DNA of 64,000 nucleotides, taken from the IMG/VR virus record IMGVR_UViG_3300032007_001727, one strand, 5' to 3'. The position numbers and the translations under genes are program-made. Under the pieces are notes generated by a model. The model did no database searches. It was given only the letters and a program-made list of their open reading frames with translations, and was not told the DNA's origin. This DNA comes from a virus (taxonomy: Duplodnaviria; Caudoviricetes). Shown piece by piece: positions 9,483 to 18,511 of the stretch (position 1 is its first letter; every line of letters starts with the position of its first letter).

Positions 9483-11825
9483 ATGTCTAAAGGTTTATAT
9501 TACTACAAACTTGTGAGTGAATATCCTGATGATATCACCAAGAACTGTAAGTTAACTATTAATGAGATTGATTCTAACTTCAAATCTCTTAAAGATGAAG
9601 ATATTAAGAGTGCGGAGTTTGATAGGGACACTAAGTCGTTGATTCTTACCAAGAATGACGGTGAGAGACTTATTGTTGTCTTAAATGACATTGCCTATAA
9701 TCTTAATGTTGACACAGAGTGCGGTGAAAGCGGAATCACTCTTAGCATAGCCTACGATGGTGAGTACGGCGAAAAGGAATTTAAGATTACCAATATTGTT
9801 ACGGCTGACAAACTTATGGACCTCATCGGTGAAAACATCATGACAAGGGTTATCACCGACGGAACTTTAAAGGGTGACGGTACAATGGCGCATCCTCTTG
9901 GTATCAACGGTACCGAGAAGACCGGCATGTATGCTCCGGTCAAGGCAAAGATTGACTTGACTAGCGGCGGCAAGTTACCTTCTGTTGCAAAGTTGGGTAC
10001 TAGGTATGTAACCGTGGAATATGTTAATGACTACGGTTATCTGTATAACGGTAACGGCTTAAGGAAAATCCAACACAATCTCGCAGAGGAAGGAAAGGGT
10101 TGGCGTGTTCCTAGCAAGGCAGATTGGGACGCTTTATTGGATTCAATCGAACCTTGCAGAGAATTTAGGAACCACACTAGCGCAAAGTGTCACGTTGAGT
10201 TGGGTAAGTTGGCCGGAAAGTATCTCAAGTCTGAGTGCGGATGGTTAGGTCAAGAAGAGTGCACTTGTGCACCGACGGCACCTACGACGGGTTGCTCGTT
10301 CCCCGATACGACGGATTGTGGAACAACTGATGACTACATCAATGACCCTACATCCGAATATCCAACGGACAAGCCAATATCACCTAGTGGCGTTGACAAG
10401 TTCGGCATGACCGTCCTTCCAAGCGGTATGGTCGGTTTGGATGCCTATGGAAGACCACAAGCAGATGCCTTCAAGTCTCAGTCCTTCTTTTGGACCACAA
10501 CCCATGTTCACGGAGACGTTGACCAAGACAAGTATATTAAGGTCTTCTCCTTCAAGAAGAGCGGTGTGGTACAAGAGGCACAATGTCCGGAACCATTCTA
10601 TAGTGTAAGGTTGGTAAAGGATTATGACGGTTGCAACTATTTCGACACCGAGTATGTTGACGGAGTACCTTATAAGACGATATTGTTCCCGGAGACTAGG
10701 CAGATTTGGCTTGCTAGCAACTATGCCAAGAAGGAAGGCTTCATAATGGCAGACGGTTCTAGTGAGGATGCTGAGGTTGCAGAGGTTAATAACGGCGAGG
10801 TAATGGGCAACAGAAAGGCTCTGTTCTTGAATGAATGGAACGGTCACTATTGGGAAAAGAAGCAGATGAACGAAGGTGACACCGTAGTTGTCCAAGACCC
10901 TTGTGGCGAAACGGAGACTAGGGAGATTACCTATTGTTGGAAGACAAAATTCAATACCACCGAAAGCGGTGACACGGATTTCCCGGTTGATGACACGGAA
11001 CCACTTAACGATACGGAGTGTGAGACAATCACGATTGAGCGTGAGGCACAGCACAACGTGGAATATAGGGTTTATACCGAGGACGGGTGTAACCAAGACT
11101 TGTACAACACCGATGACTTGGTAATCGAGAGGATATTGAGGCTCATCCTTCCTATTATCATAAAGGAAAAGGAGGAGAGAATATCCGCAGATACCGAGAT
11201 ATGGGAGGCAATCGAGCAAGAGATACACGACAGAGAGAGTGCCGATGAAGAGTTGAGGGAAGCAATCGAGGCTGAAGCAGAGGCTAGGGAAAATGCCGAC
11301 AATGAGTTGAGGGACGAAATCAATGCCGAGGCAGAGACTAGGGCAGCAGAAGACAATAGGCTAGAGAGAATGATTGAAGATGTGTCCGGTGCTACCGAAG
11401 ACTTATGGGAGGCTTTGAACCATGAAATCGATAGGGCAATCAGTGCAGAAACGGCATTAGGTGTTCAGATTGACCGTGAGACTGAAAGGGCAATAATGGC
11501 CGAGACTGCTCTCGACGAGAAGATTGACGCAGAGACCGCTAGGGCAACAAACGCCGAGGAGGCACTTGATGACAAGATTGATGACGAGATTGAGCGAGCA
11601 AAAGAAAGAGAAGATGAAATCGACCTCAAGGTTGACGAAGAAATTGTTAGGGCAACCGAAAGAGAAGATGAAATCGAAGGCAAGTTAATCGACCCGTCAA
11701 AGAACCCATACACTTTAACCGCAGTTTCAGAAAGGGACGGCTTCAACCTAGTTCTTGAATCTAGGGATGGTAATGAGGAAAATTACATCAAGATTAAGTT
11801 TGATGGTAATTTTGGTGTAATTTAA
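9483..11825 (+). CDS. Fibre-like protein with FISUMP (Fib_succ_major) domain and C-terminal coiled coil
   Basis: YGYLYNG, GWRVPSKADWDAL, KYLKSECGW, FGMTVLPSG, FFWTTT, YSVRLVKD; ExxRAxxxExxL heptads. Confidence 0.65.
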   Translation: MSKGLYYYKLVSEYPDDITKNCKLTINEIDSNFKSLKDEDIKSAEFDRDTKSLILTKNDGERLIVVLNDIAYNLNVDTECGESGITLSIAYDGEYGEKEFKITNIVTADKLMDLIGENIMTRVITDGTLKGDGTMAHPLGINGTEKTGMYAPVKAKIDLTSGGKLPSVAKLGTRYVTVEYVNDYGYLYNGNGLRKIQHNLAEEGKGWRVPSKADWDALLDSIEPCREFRNHTSAKCHVELGKLAGKYLKSECGWLGQEECTCAPTAPTTGCSFPDTTDCGTTDDYINDPTSEYPTDKPISPSGVDKFGMTVLPSGMVGLDAYGRPQADAFKSQSFFWTTTHVHGDVDQDKYIKVFSFKKSGVVQEAQCPEPFYSVRLVKDYDGCNYFDTEYVDGVPYKTILFPETRQIWLASNYAKKEGFIMADGSSEDAEVAEVNNGEVMGNRKALFLNEWNGHYWEKKQMNEGDTVVVQDPCGETETREITYCWKTKFNTTESGDTDFPVDDTEPLNDTECETITIEREAQHNVEYRVYTEDGCNQDLYNTDDLVIERILRLILPIIIKEKEERISADTEIWEAIEQEIHDRESADEELREAIEAEAEARENADNELRDEINAEAETRAAEDNRLERMIEDVSGATEDLWEALNHEIDRAISAETALGVQIDRETERAIMAETALDEKIDAETARATNAEEALDDKIDDEIERAKEREDEIDLKVDEEIVRATEREDEIEGKLIDPSKNPYTLTAVSERDGFNLVLESRDGNEENYIKIKFDGNFGVI

Positions 11826-11856
11826 TAATTTTTTGAAATTAATATATTGATATACA

Positions 11857-14800
11857 ATGGATAATAGATTACAAATTAGACACCACGGTATCGGAAGTGG
11901 CTACACTTCCGTAGATGGTGTATTTGAGACTAGACAAGAGGCTATCGAGTACATTTACAGTCAGATTAGATTCGCTGACAGTGGTTTAGCCTTTGAGGAC
12001 AAGTCCTTCGGATTTTCATTGTATGGTGAACCAACCGTGCTTAGGTATAAGAATGAGGAAGACGAGACCGACCCACACGTAATACTTGCAATTGGTTCCT
12101 ATACGAATGAGGGTTCTCAGTACAATGATAACCGCTTCTGTATTATCGACATTGACAAGACAGAGTCGGAGATAGCAGAACTTTGGGATGAGATTGAGAG
12201 GATAACTAGCGGCTTGACTATTTTCACAAAGGACAGCAATACCTTGAAACTCTACACCGAGAGGACAGAGAGTGGTACGACATTGAGCGGTGATGTACAA
12301 CTTGCATCATCCGTATATTTCGATGACTACCGTAGAAACAACATAATCCTTAACACAGAGAACGGACTGTTTACATTCGTTGACATGAGTTATGACGATG
12401 AGAACGAGAAGATGACCTTCGTCGTTAACGGCACCGTCAAGGAGTGGAACATCAACAACAACTATTTGGTTAGGGGTTATTACAGCAAGAGAGACGAGTC
12501 GCTGCACCTTATTAATAAGGATGAGAGTGAAATCGTTGTATCTCTTGAGAATCTTATAGACGAATGGGGTGTTGAAGGTGAAGCATCCACCACACCTATT
12601 GTTCTCACTAGGGAAGAGGTTGGCTACGGCGATAATTCCTCGCACAACCATGTTGAGCCTTGGCAAGACGTTCTTAAGGCTGACATAAGGTTGGCAGACC
12701 GTAAATACAACATCCTAAAGAAGACAAGTGACGGAAGATACCTCTATGTTGACGGACTTGCAAAGAACATTACGTTCTTCAAGAACGGTGAGGAAATCAA
12801 CGTTCAAGACGCATTGAGCGAGGTTGACAAGGGTATATCTACCGATAGCACGAATATCATATACGAGAAGGCTGACGGTTATTATGCAACCGCGAAGTTG
12901 GATTATGTAAGTCGTGAAAACAAACTCGTATTCACATCTTCGAACTATACCGGCGGAACCTCCGTAAATGAGATTCAACTCAATTCTGTAGAGGTATTCA
13001 AGAAGGTTTACTACGACCCTGTGACCGAAAGTCTTATCATATTATATGTTGACGGTAACGGCGAACTTCAAGAGGTTGTAATTCCAATCGGCGAAATGAT
13101 GACTGATTGGGAATGGGACATTCAGAACGAGGGTCACAACGTGAAACTCCACAAGCAGAGGGTTGTTGCCGGTAATGACAAGGTTTCTGCCGACGTTGCA
13201 CTCTATAGCGCAGATGACAACATATTGGTGGATAGAAACCATGAGTTATATGTCAAGGGTGATGCAACCAACATTAAGTACGGCACTGAGTCTACCGTTG
13301 ATGACGAGTTGGACAAACTCAACGACTTTGCTGTTACCACTAGTGCAAAGGTGAATGAGTTAAGCGGCAAGGTCGATACTGTAACAACCGCGTTGGAGAA
13401 TGAGGTTTCACGCGCAACTTCTGCTGAGACTAGGATTGAGTCTAGGATTAGCGATGAAATCTCTAGGTCTACCTCAAAGGATGTTGAACATGACCGCGCA
13501 ATCGAGACCATTCAGCAGACCATAGGAAACGGATTCAGCACGGACGGTCACGAAACCGTTACATACAAGTTCAACGAACTTTCCGCCAATACGAATTCAC
13601 TGTCGGCAAAGACTGACATGTTGGCTTCAAACTTGGCATTGGTTTCGGCGAATACCGAGGCAGAGGTAGTTAGGGCAACGGCTGAAGAGCAGAGAATCGA
13701 GAAGAAATTCGACGATGAGTTGGGTGACGGCTTCAATATCCGCAATACCGTAAGGGACGAGTTTGACAGAGAAAGAGGCGATAGGATTGCCGAAGACATC
13801 AGACTTCAGACCGAGATTGAGGAAATTAGTGCTAGCACTAGCGGAAAACTAATCGACATTAATGCAACCGACAGTTCAATCGGTATTGACAAGACCGATG
13901 CCACTAAGCCTAGCATTAAAGTTAATCTCAGTACTGAGATAGAGGACAACAAGCCGAATATAATTAAAGTAAACAGTGACGGCTTGTATGCCGGTGTTGA
14001 CCTCGATTACTACTTTGAATCCGGTACTAGCAAGAATGTGCTCGTATTCAAGACAACCAACCAAACAAAGGTGTTTGACTTGAAGACCAATTCTGTTGTT
14101 GACAAGATTTACTATGATGCCACAAGGGAAGCCATCATCATAGAATATACCGTCAACGGACACAGAATGCCGGATGTTGTAATACCGGTTGGCGACTTAA
14201 TAGATGAATGGAGGCCTTCTGAAAGCACTGACGGTGCCATCAGACTCACAAAGACGAGGGAAAGCGGTGCAACCCAAGATGTCCTCTATGCCGAATCGAT
14301 TATATCGAACCATAGTGACAACATCTTGGTTAATGACCACGGTGCATTATATGTATCCGGTTCTCAGATAGAGCAGAACAAGACTGATATCAACGCACTC
14401 AAGGGTAGGATGACAACAGCCGAGAACAATATCTCGAATGAAGTCACCACAAGACAGTCTGAAATCTCTAGGATTGAAAACTTGGTTCACGCAGAGGAAG
14501 ACCGCGCAACAACCGCCGAGAACGCCATAGCAAACGACCTCAACGTTGAGGAGATTGCAAGGGCCAACGGCGATACCGCACTTTCTCAGTTGATAGAGCA
14601 AGAGGCAACTAACCGTGAAAACGCAGACACGCAGTTGCAGACCAACATCAATTCAGAGGCAACCACTAGGGCAAACGAGGACTCTAGGATTGAGGCAAAA
14701 CTCGACCAAGAGATTTCCCGTTCAACCGCAAAGGATACGGAGCATGACAGCAAGATTGCCGAAGAGGTTCAGAGGGCAAGGGATGCAGAGCATACCATCA

Positions 14801-16545
14801 GAGAGGCTTTGACGCAAGAGGGTGCTGACAGAAGAGAAGGTGATTCTAACTTGCAGAGTCAGTTGAACTCTAATGTTGAGAGAATCGACGGTGAATTGGA
14901 TTCCTTGGACATCAAGATTGCCAACGAGAAGGAGGCAAGAATGACAGAGGATGAGAAGATTTGGGCCAAGATTAGGCCGGTTGAATACTTCAACACGACA
15001 ACAATACACGTTGACAGAGTGAGAAACAGCGGAGAGACACCGGATGAAATCAGAAACAGTGTCATTGTTGCCAACGCATCCAATAATATCATCAAGGTTG
15101 ATAACGCTCGTGGAGGCATTTACTCGACAGTGTCGTTGGGCTATGACGGTCCGGCAAACATATTGAGTGTATATGACGGTATCGGAGAGGACAAGAGACT
15201 GCTGAATTCCGTTCAGTTAGGTCCGGGTTCCATCATCAAGGACATTTCGTATAACTATGCCGAGAAAACTCTTGTCGTGACCTATCAGAGAGCAGGCGAG
15301 ACCGGTGATACTACAATGAACTTCCCGGTGGCAGACTTGTTCAATGAATGGGATGTCGAAAACAAGAGCGAGGGTAGTGCACTTGAACTCCATAAGGTAA
15401 GTCAGACCACCGAGACCGGTACGGTTGACAAACTTTGGGGCCGAGTTCTCTTATCCGGCTCAATCCTTCCGGACGGAACCATTGACTATGGTGACAATAT
15501 CATCCGGATAGTCAACAACGGACTCTATGCAAGCGGTTCCGCCATTACAGAGGCCATGGAAGAGGCTGTTTGTACTAGGAATGAACTTAGGGTGATTGAG
15601 ACCGCAGTACTTGGCAATGACTTGAGCGAGGGTTATATCTGCGGAAGCGGATACACTTATCCAAAGTACGAAAGCGCTTGTTTCATCAATGCCGCAAATT
15701 CCATGTATGAGGCAGACCAAATACTCGATAGGTACTTGTGTTCCGCACATACTAGGATAGATGAGGTTGAGCAAGACTTGGATTGTTTGGACAAGGATTT
15801 GAAGATTACCCAACAGAATGTCCTTGGCATCACCATTCCGGAGTGTGGCTTGAACGGTGACGGCACACCATTCAGATACAAGGCACACGTTAATGCTTGT
15901 ATCATAAGCGCTGCAACTAGCATGGATGAGGCCGACCTTCTCCTTAACGATGCCCTCTGTGAGGTTTCCGGAGAATTCTCTTGCTTCCGTGAAGAGGCAA
16001 AGAAGGTCGAAGAGGTCTTGGGTGTAGTAGGTAACTGTGATACTCCTATACCATATCCAAGGACTGAGGGATGTCTTCTTTCGAGCGCAAGGACGTTTGC
16101 AGAAGCCGACAGAATCATGGAATCTGCAATCTGTGACATCAAGAGCATGTTGGTTGGAAGTGAATCTCCAACCATATCACTTAAGATTGTCGAAGAGGGT
16201 CTTAACAAGTACCTCGAAGCATCCGCAAGGCTTTCGCACGGTAACGAAGTCGGCAAGTGGCAGACAGACCAAGAACTCACAATCACCGACTATACCGGTG
16301 CTGAGATTGAACCTAATCAGCATGAGTTCACGGACACCAATGTCTTGAGGGTAGTTGACTTGACATCACAAGACATGAGACCGGATTCAAACTTCAACGG
16401 CTTATATCTGAGCAATGTGTGGGATTGCGGCCAATACACACTAAACGGCAGCGGAACACCATATGAGAAATATAAGACAGATGAAAGTGCTACGGCTCAG
16501 AATTTCTTTGACCGGAAATTCAGAAACGGTGTAAGATACCAATAG
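11857..16545 (+). CDS. Large tail-fibre-like structural protein (1562 aa)
   Basis: Repeated YYD...IIIxY...VIPxxDLIDEW modules and ExxRAxxAE coiled coils; the final G of its TAG stop is the first base of the inserted element. Confidence 0.6.
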   Translation: MDNRLQIRHHGIGSGYTSVDGVFETRQEAIEYIYSQIRFADSGLAFEDKSFGFSLYGEPTVLRYKNEEDETDPHVILAIGSYTNEGSQYNDNRFCIIDIDKTESEIAELWDEIERITSGLTIFTKDSNTLKLYTERTESGTTLSGDVQLASSVYFDDYRRNNIILNTENGLFTFVDMSYDDENEKMTFVVNGTVKEWNINNNYLVRGYYSKRDESLHLINKDESEIVVSLENLIDEWGVEGEASTTPIVLTREEVGYGDNSSHNHVEPWQDVLKADIRLADRKYNILKKTSDGRYLYVDGLAKNITFFKNGEEINVQDALSEVDKGISTDSTNIIYEKADGYYATAKLDYVSRENKLVFTSSNYTGGTSVNEIQLNSVEVFKKVYYDPVTESLIILYVDGNGELQEVVIPIGEMMTDWEWDIQNEGHNVKLHKQRVVAGNDKVSADVALYSADDNILVDRNHELYVKGDATNIKYGTESTVDDELDKLNDFAVTTSAKVNELSGKVDTVTTALENEVSRATSAETRIESRISDEISRSTSKDVEHDRAIETIQQTIGNGFSTDGHETVTYKFNELSANTNSLSAKTDMLASNLALVSANTEAEVVRATAEEQRIEKKFDDELGDGFNIRNTVRDEFDRERGDRIAEDIRLQTEIEEISASTSGKLIDINATDSSIGIDKTDATKPSIKVNLSTEIEDNKPNIIKVNSDGLYAGVDLDYYFESGTSKNVLVFKTTNQTKVFDLKTNSVVDKIYYDATREAIIIEYTVNGHRMPDVVIPVGDLIDEWRPSESTDGAIRLTKTRESGATQDVLYAESIISNHSDNILVNDHGALYVSGSQIEQNKTDINALKGRMTTAENNISNEVTTRQSEISRIENLVHAEEDRATTAENAIANDLNVEEIARANGDTALSQLIEQEATNRENADTQLQTNINSEATTRANEDSRIEAKLDQEISRSTAKDTEHDSKIAEEVQRARDAEHTIREALTQEGADRREGDSNLQSQLNSNVERIDGELDSLDIKIANEKEARMTEDEKIWAKIRPVEYFNTTTIHVDRVRNSGETPDEIRNSVIVANASNNIIKVDNARGGIYSTVSLGYDGPANILSVYDGIGEDKRLLNSVQLGPGSIIKDISYNYAEKTLVVTYQRAGETGDTTMNFPVADLFNEWDVENKSEGSALELHKVSQTTETGTVDKLWGRVLLSGSILPDGTIDYGDNIIRIVNNGLYASGSAITEAMEEAVCTRNELRVIETAVLGNDLSEGYICGSGYTYPKYESACFINAANSMYEADQILDRYLCSAHTRIDEVEQDLDCLDKDLKITQQNVLGITIPECGLNGDGTPFRYKAHVNACIISAATSMDEADLLLNDALCEVSGEFSCFREEAKKVEEVLGVVGNCDTPIPYPRTEGCLLSSARTFAEADRIMESAICDIKSMLVGSESPTISLKIVEEGLNKYLEASARLSHGNEVGKWQTDQELTITDYTGAEIEPNQHEFTDTNVLRVVDLTSQDMRPDSNFNGLYLSNVWDCGQYTLNGSGTPYEKYKTDESATAQNFFDRKFRNGVRYQ

Positions 16546-16658
16546 GCAATAATATAGCAGTTGGCACAACAAATATTAAAATGCAGTCAGAAATGGCTGC
16601 ATTTTCTGTTTATTATGATATTTATTGTAAAAATAATGAAATAAACACATATTATAAT

Positions 16659-17009
16659 ATGAATAAGAAATTAATTAGATTAACAGAAAGTGACCTTCAC
16701 AGAATCGTGAAAGAGTCGGTTAGTAGGCTATTAAAGGAGTCAATAGACAAGACTTATATCACATATGATGGGATAAATTTGTCACTTTCTATGAATGGTG
16801 AGGATATGTATATTGAATATAATGAAAATAACAAATGGATTCTTGCTGGATATCATGCTAACGAAAAATTGTGGGTTGTTCAAGAAAATCTTGACCCCGA
16901 AATGGTTGGTGATGGTGAAGATGACATAATATATATTGCTGAGACTAAAAGTATGCCGGAAGCATTAAGCAAATTATCACAATATATTAAATATACAACA
17001 AACCGATAA
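16659..17009 (+). CDS. Passenger protein with N-terminal MNKKLIRLTESDLHRIVKESV tag
   Basis: ATG at 16659 follows GATATTTAT (16617-16625); 116 aa. Confidence 0.7.
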   Translation: MNKKLIRLTESDLHRIVKESVSRLLKESIDKTYITYDGINLSLSMNGEDMYIEYNENNKWILAGYHANEKLWVVQENLDPEMVGDGEDDIIYIAETKSMPEALSKLSQYIKYTTNR

Positions 17010-17024
17010 ATGGATATTAAGCAG

Positions 17025-17126
17025 TCATTTCTTAACAAGTCCGATGGACTTGTCGAACGTATCCTCAAAGCGTTCCAATTGGAACGCTTTTCTTGTATTC
17101 CAACGGTACACAGCCTCGTCAATGTA
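17025..17126 (-). pseudogene. IS1595-family DDE transposase C-terminal relic
   Basis: Translates to YIDEAVYRWNTRKAFQLERFEDTFDKSIGLVKK*, matching the IS1595 C-terminal Y(L/I)DEx(x)(F/Y)R(F/Y/W)NxR motif; no start codon, in-frame stop just upstream. Confidence 0.7.
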
Positions 17127-17206
17127 CTAGTGAAAAAAAAGTTTCATTAAAAACAGTACTTTTTAATCCAATGTGATATTTATTAGTAAAGAAACTGATA
17201 AATACT

Positions 17207-18334
17207 ATGTTAAAAGCCTACAAATATAAGATAAAACCAAACCAACAGCAAGAGGAACTTTTGTCAAAGTTCTTCGGTTGTGTGCGCTATATCTATAATT
17301 GGGGCTTAAATGCAAAAACAAGTGCTTACAAGGAAAATGGTAAGGCAATCAACTATCTGCAACTTGCAAAGGAATTAACATCATTAAAGCAACAACAAGA
17401 CCATGAATGGCTCAATGAATGTACAACAGAGGCATTGCAACAGTCGCTCAGAAGTCTTGACAATGCTTTCACAGCATTTTTCCGAAAGAAAGCAAAGTAC
17501 CCAAGATTCAAGTCAAAGAAACGCACAAAGAACTCTGTGAAGTTCATAAAATCAGTACATTTTGACTTTGAGAATTGGAAGGTTAAACTGCCAAAGTTGG
17601 GATGGATTAAGTTGTGCAAGAACAAGACATTTAACCAAAGCATTTGCAAACAAGGCACTTGTACCGTATCAAGAGACCATTGCGGAACATATTGGTGCGT
17701 AATAACGGTTGATGATTTGCAGCCAAAACCAACGAAAGCCAAGTTGGTTAAGGATAATGCAATTGGAATCGACCTTGGCATCAAGGACTACGCAATACTA
17801 TCAGATGGAACAAAGTTCGCCAACCCAAAGCATCTTGAACAAGCGCAGAGGAATCTTGCTCACTTGCAGAGGGTATTTGCAAGAAAGGGCAAGGATTCCA
17901 AGAATCACGAAAGCATGAGAGTAAAGGTTGCAAAGTGCTACAGAAGCATCACCAATCGAAGGAATGACTTTTTGCATAAGTTATCAACTTATCTTGTAAG
18001 AAACTACGATGTAATTTGCCTTGAAGATTTGAATGTAAAGGGGATGGAACAGAACCATCACCTTGCAAGGGCAATCCAAGATGCGGCTTGGGGTGAGTTT
18101 GTTAGACAACTTGAGTACAAGTCTGAATGGTATGGTAAAAACATACTATTTATAGGTAGGTTTGAGCCAAGCAGCAAGTTATGTCACAAGTGCGGTTACA
18201 TCAACCAAGAGTTGAAACTATCAGATAGAGAGTGGATATGCCCACAATGTGGTGAACATCTTGACAGAGACGTTAACGCTGCGATGAACATCAAGGAGAT
18301 TGCTTTTGATAAGCAGAACCTTGTCGGAGTTTAA
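17207..18334 (+). CDS. tnpB: RNA-guided endonuclease TnpB
   Basis: HTH-OrfB N-terminus (AYKYKIKPN...FGCVRYIYNWGL), RuvC GIDLG / ICLEDL / DRDVNAA, Zn finger CHKCG...CPQCG. Confidence 0.92.
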   Translation: MLKAYKYKIKPNQQQEELLSKFFGCVRYIYNWGLNAKTSAYKENGKAINYLQLAKELTSLKQQQDHEWLNECTTEALQQSLRSLDNAFTAFFRKKAKYPRFKSKKRTKNSVKFIKSVHFDFENWKVKLPKLGWIKLCKNKTFNQSICKQGTCTVSRDHCGTYWCVITVDDLQPKPTKAKLVKDNAIGIDLGIKDYAILSDGTKFANPKHLEQAQRNLAHLQRVFARKGKDSKNHESMRVKVAKCYRSITNRRNDFLHKLSTYLVRNYDVICLEDLNVKGMEQNHHLARAIQDAAWGEFVRQLEYKSEWYGKNILFIGRFEPSSKLCHKCGYINQELKLSDREWICPQCGEHLDRDVNAAMNIKEIAFDKQNLVGV

Positions 18335-18344
18335 AGAGAAATAA

Positions 18345-18476
18345 AAGCCCATTGGCAAGTGGGTATAGAGGCTGTAGAGGGAAGAGGTTACGAACCCAAT
18401 GAAGCAGCAAGATAGATGGAGTGTTAGGTGTTTGTGCCAACTTCTATATCATTGCCTACCAATAACTCTTAAATAT
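18345..18476 (+). ncRNA. Putative omega-RNA of TnpB-1 (scaffold ~18345-18456, guide from 18457)
   Basis: Hairpin CCCATT-GGCA-AGTGGG whose GGCAA can pair with the terminal TTGCC; GCTGTAGAG...TGAAGCAGC resembles the usual TnpB scaffold core. Confidence 0.6.
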
Positions 18477-18477
18477 G

Positions 18478-18511
18478 AAAAAGGTGACCATTTAATTTGG
18501 TCACCTTTTTT
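18478..18511. terminator. Bidirectional terminator (AAAGGTGAC family)
   Basis: AAAAAGGTGACCA...TGGTCACCTTTTTT. Confidence 0.75.

Larger units (their letters stand above)
16545..18456. mobile_element. Non-autonomous IS1595-family-derived transposon carrying a passenger gene and tnpB
   Basis: TIRs GGCAATAATATAGCAGTTGGCACAA (16545-16569) and reverse complement GGCAATGATATAGAAGTTGGCACAA (18432-18456), 23/25 identical; 8-bp direct repeat TACCAATA at 16537-16544 and 18457-18464; transposase relic inside. Confidence 0.85.

Noticed and set aside
9483-11825. FISUMP domain as a diversity-generating retroelement target
   Set aside because: No reverse transcriptase and no template/variable repeat pair seen in this window.
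10380-16348. Many antisense or alternate-frame ORFs in the track (e.g. 10380..11228, 15657..16286, 31352..32089, 40531..41313)
   Set aside because: Shadows of long, codon-biased genes with no recognisable motifs.
17036-17090. Two palindromes as an IS200/605 left end for TnpB-1
   Set aside because: They lie inside the IS1595 transposase relic and have no matching right-end hairpin; the TIR/TSD boundaries explain the element better.
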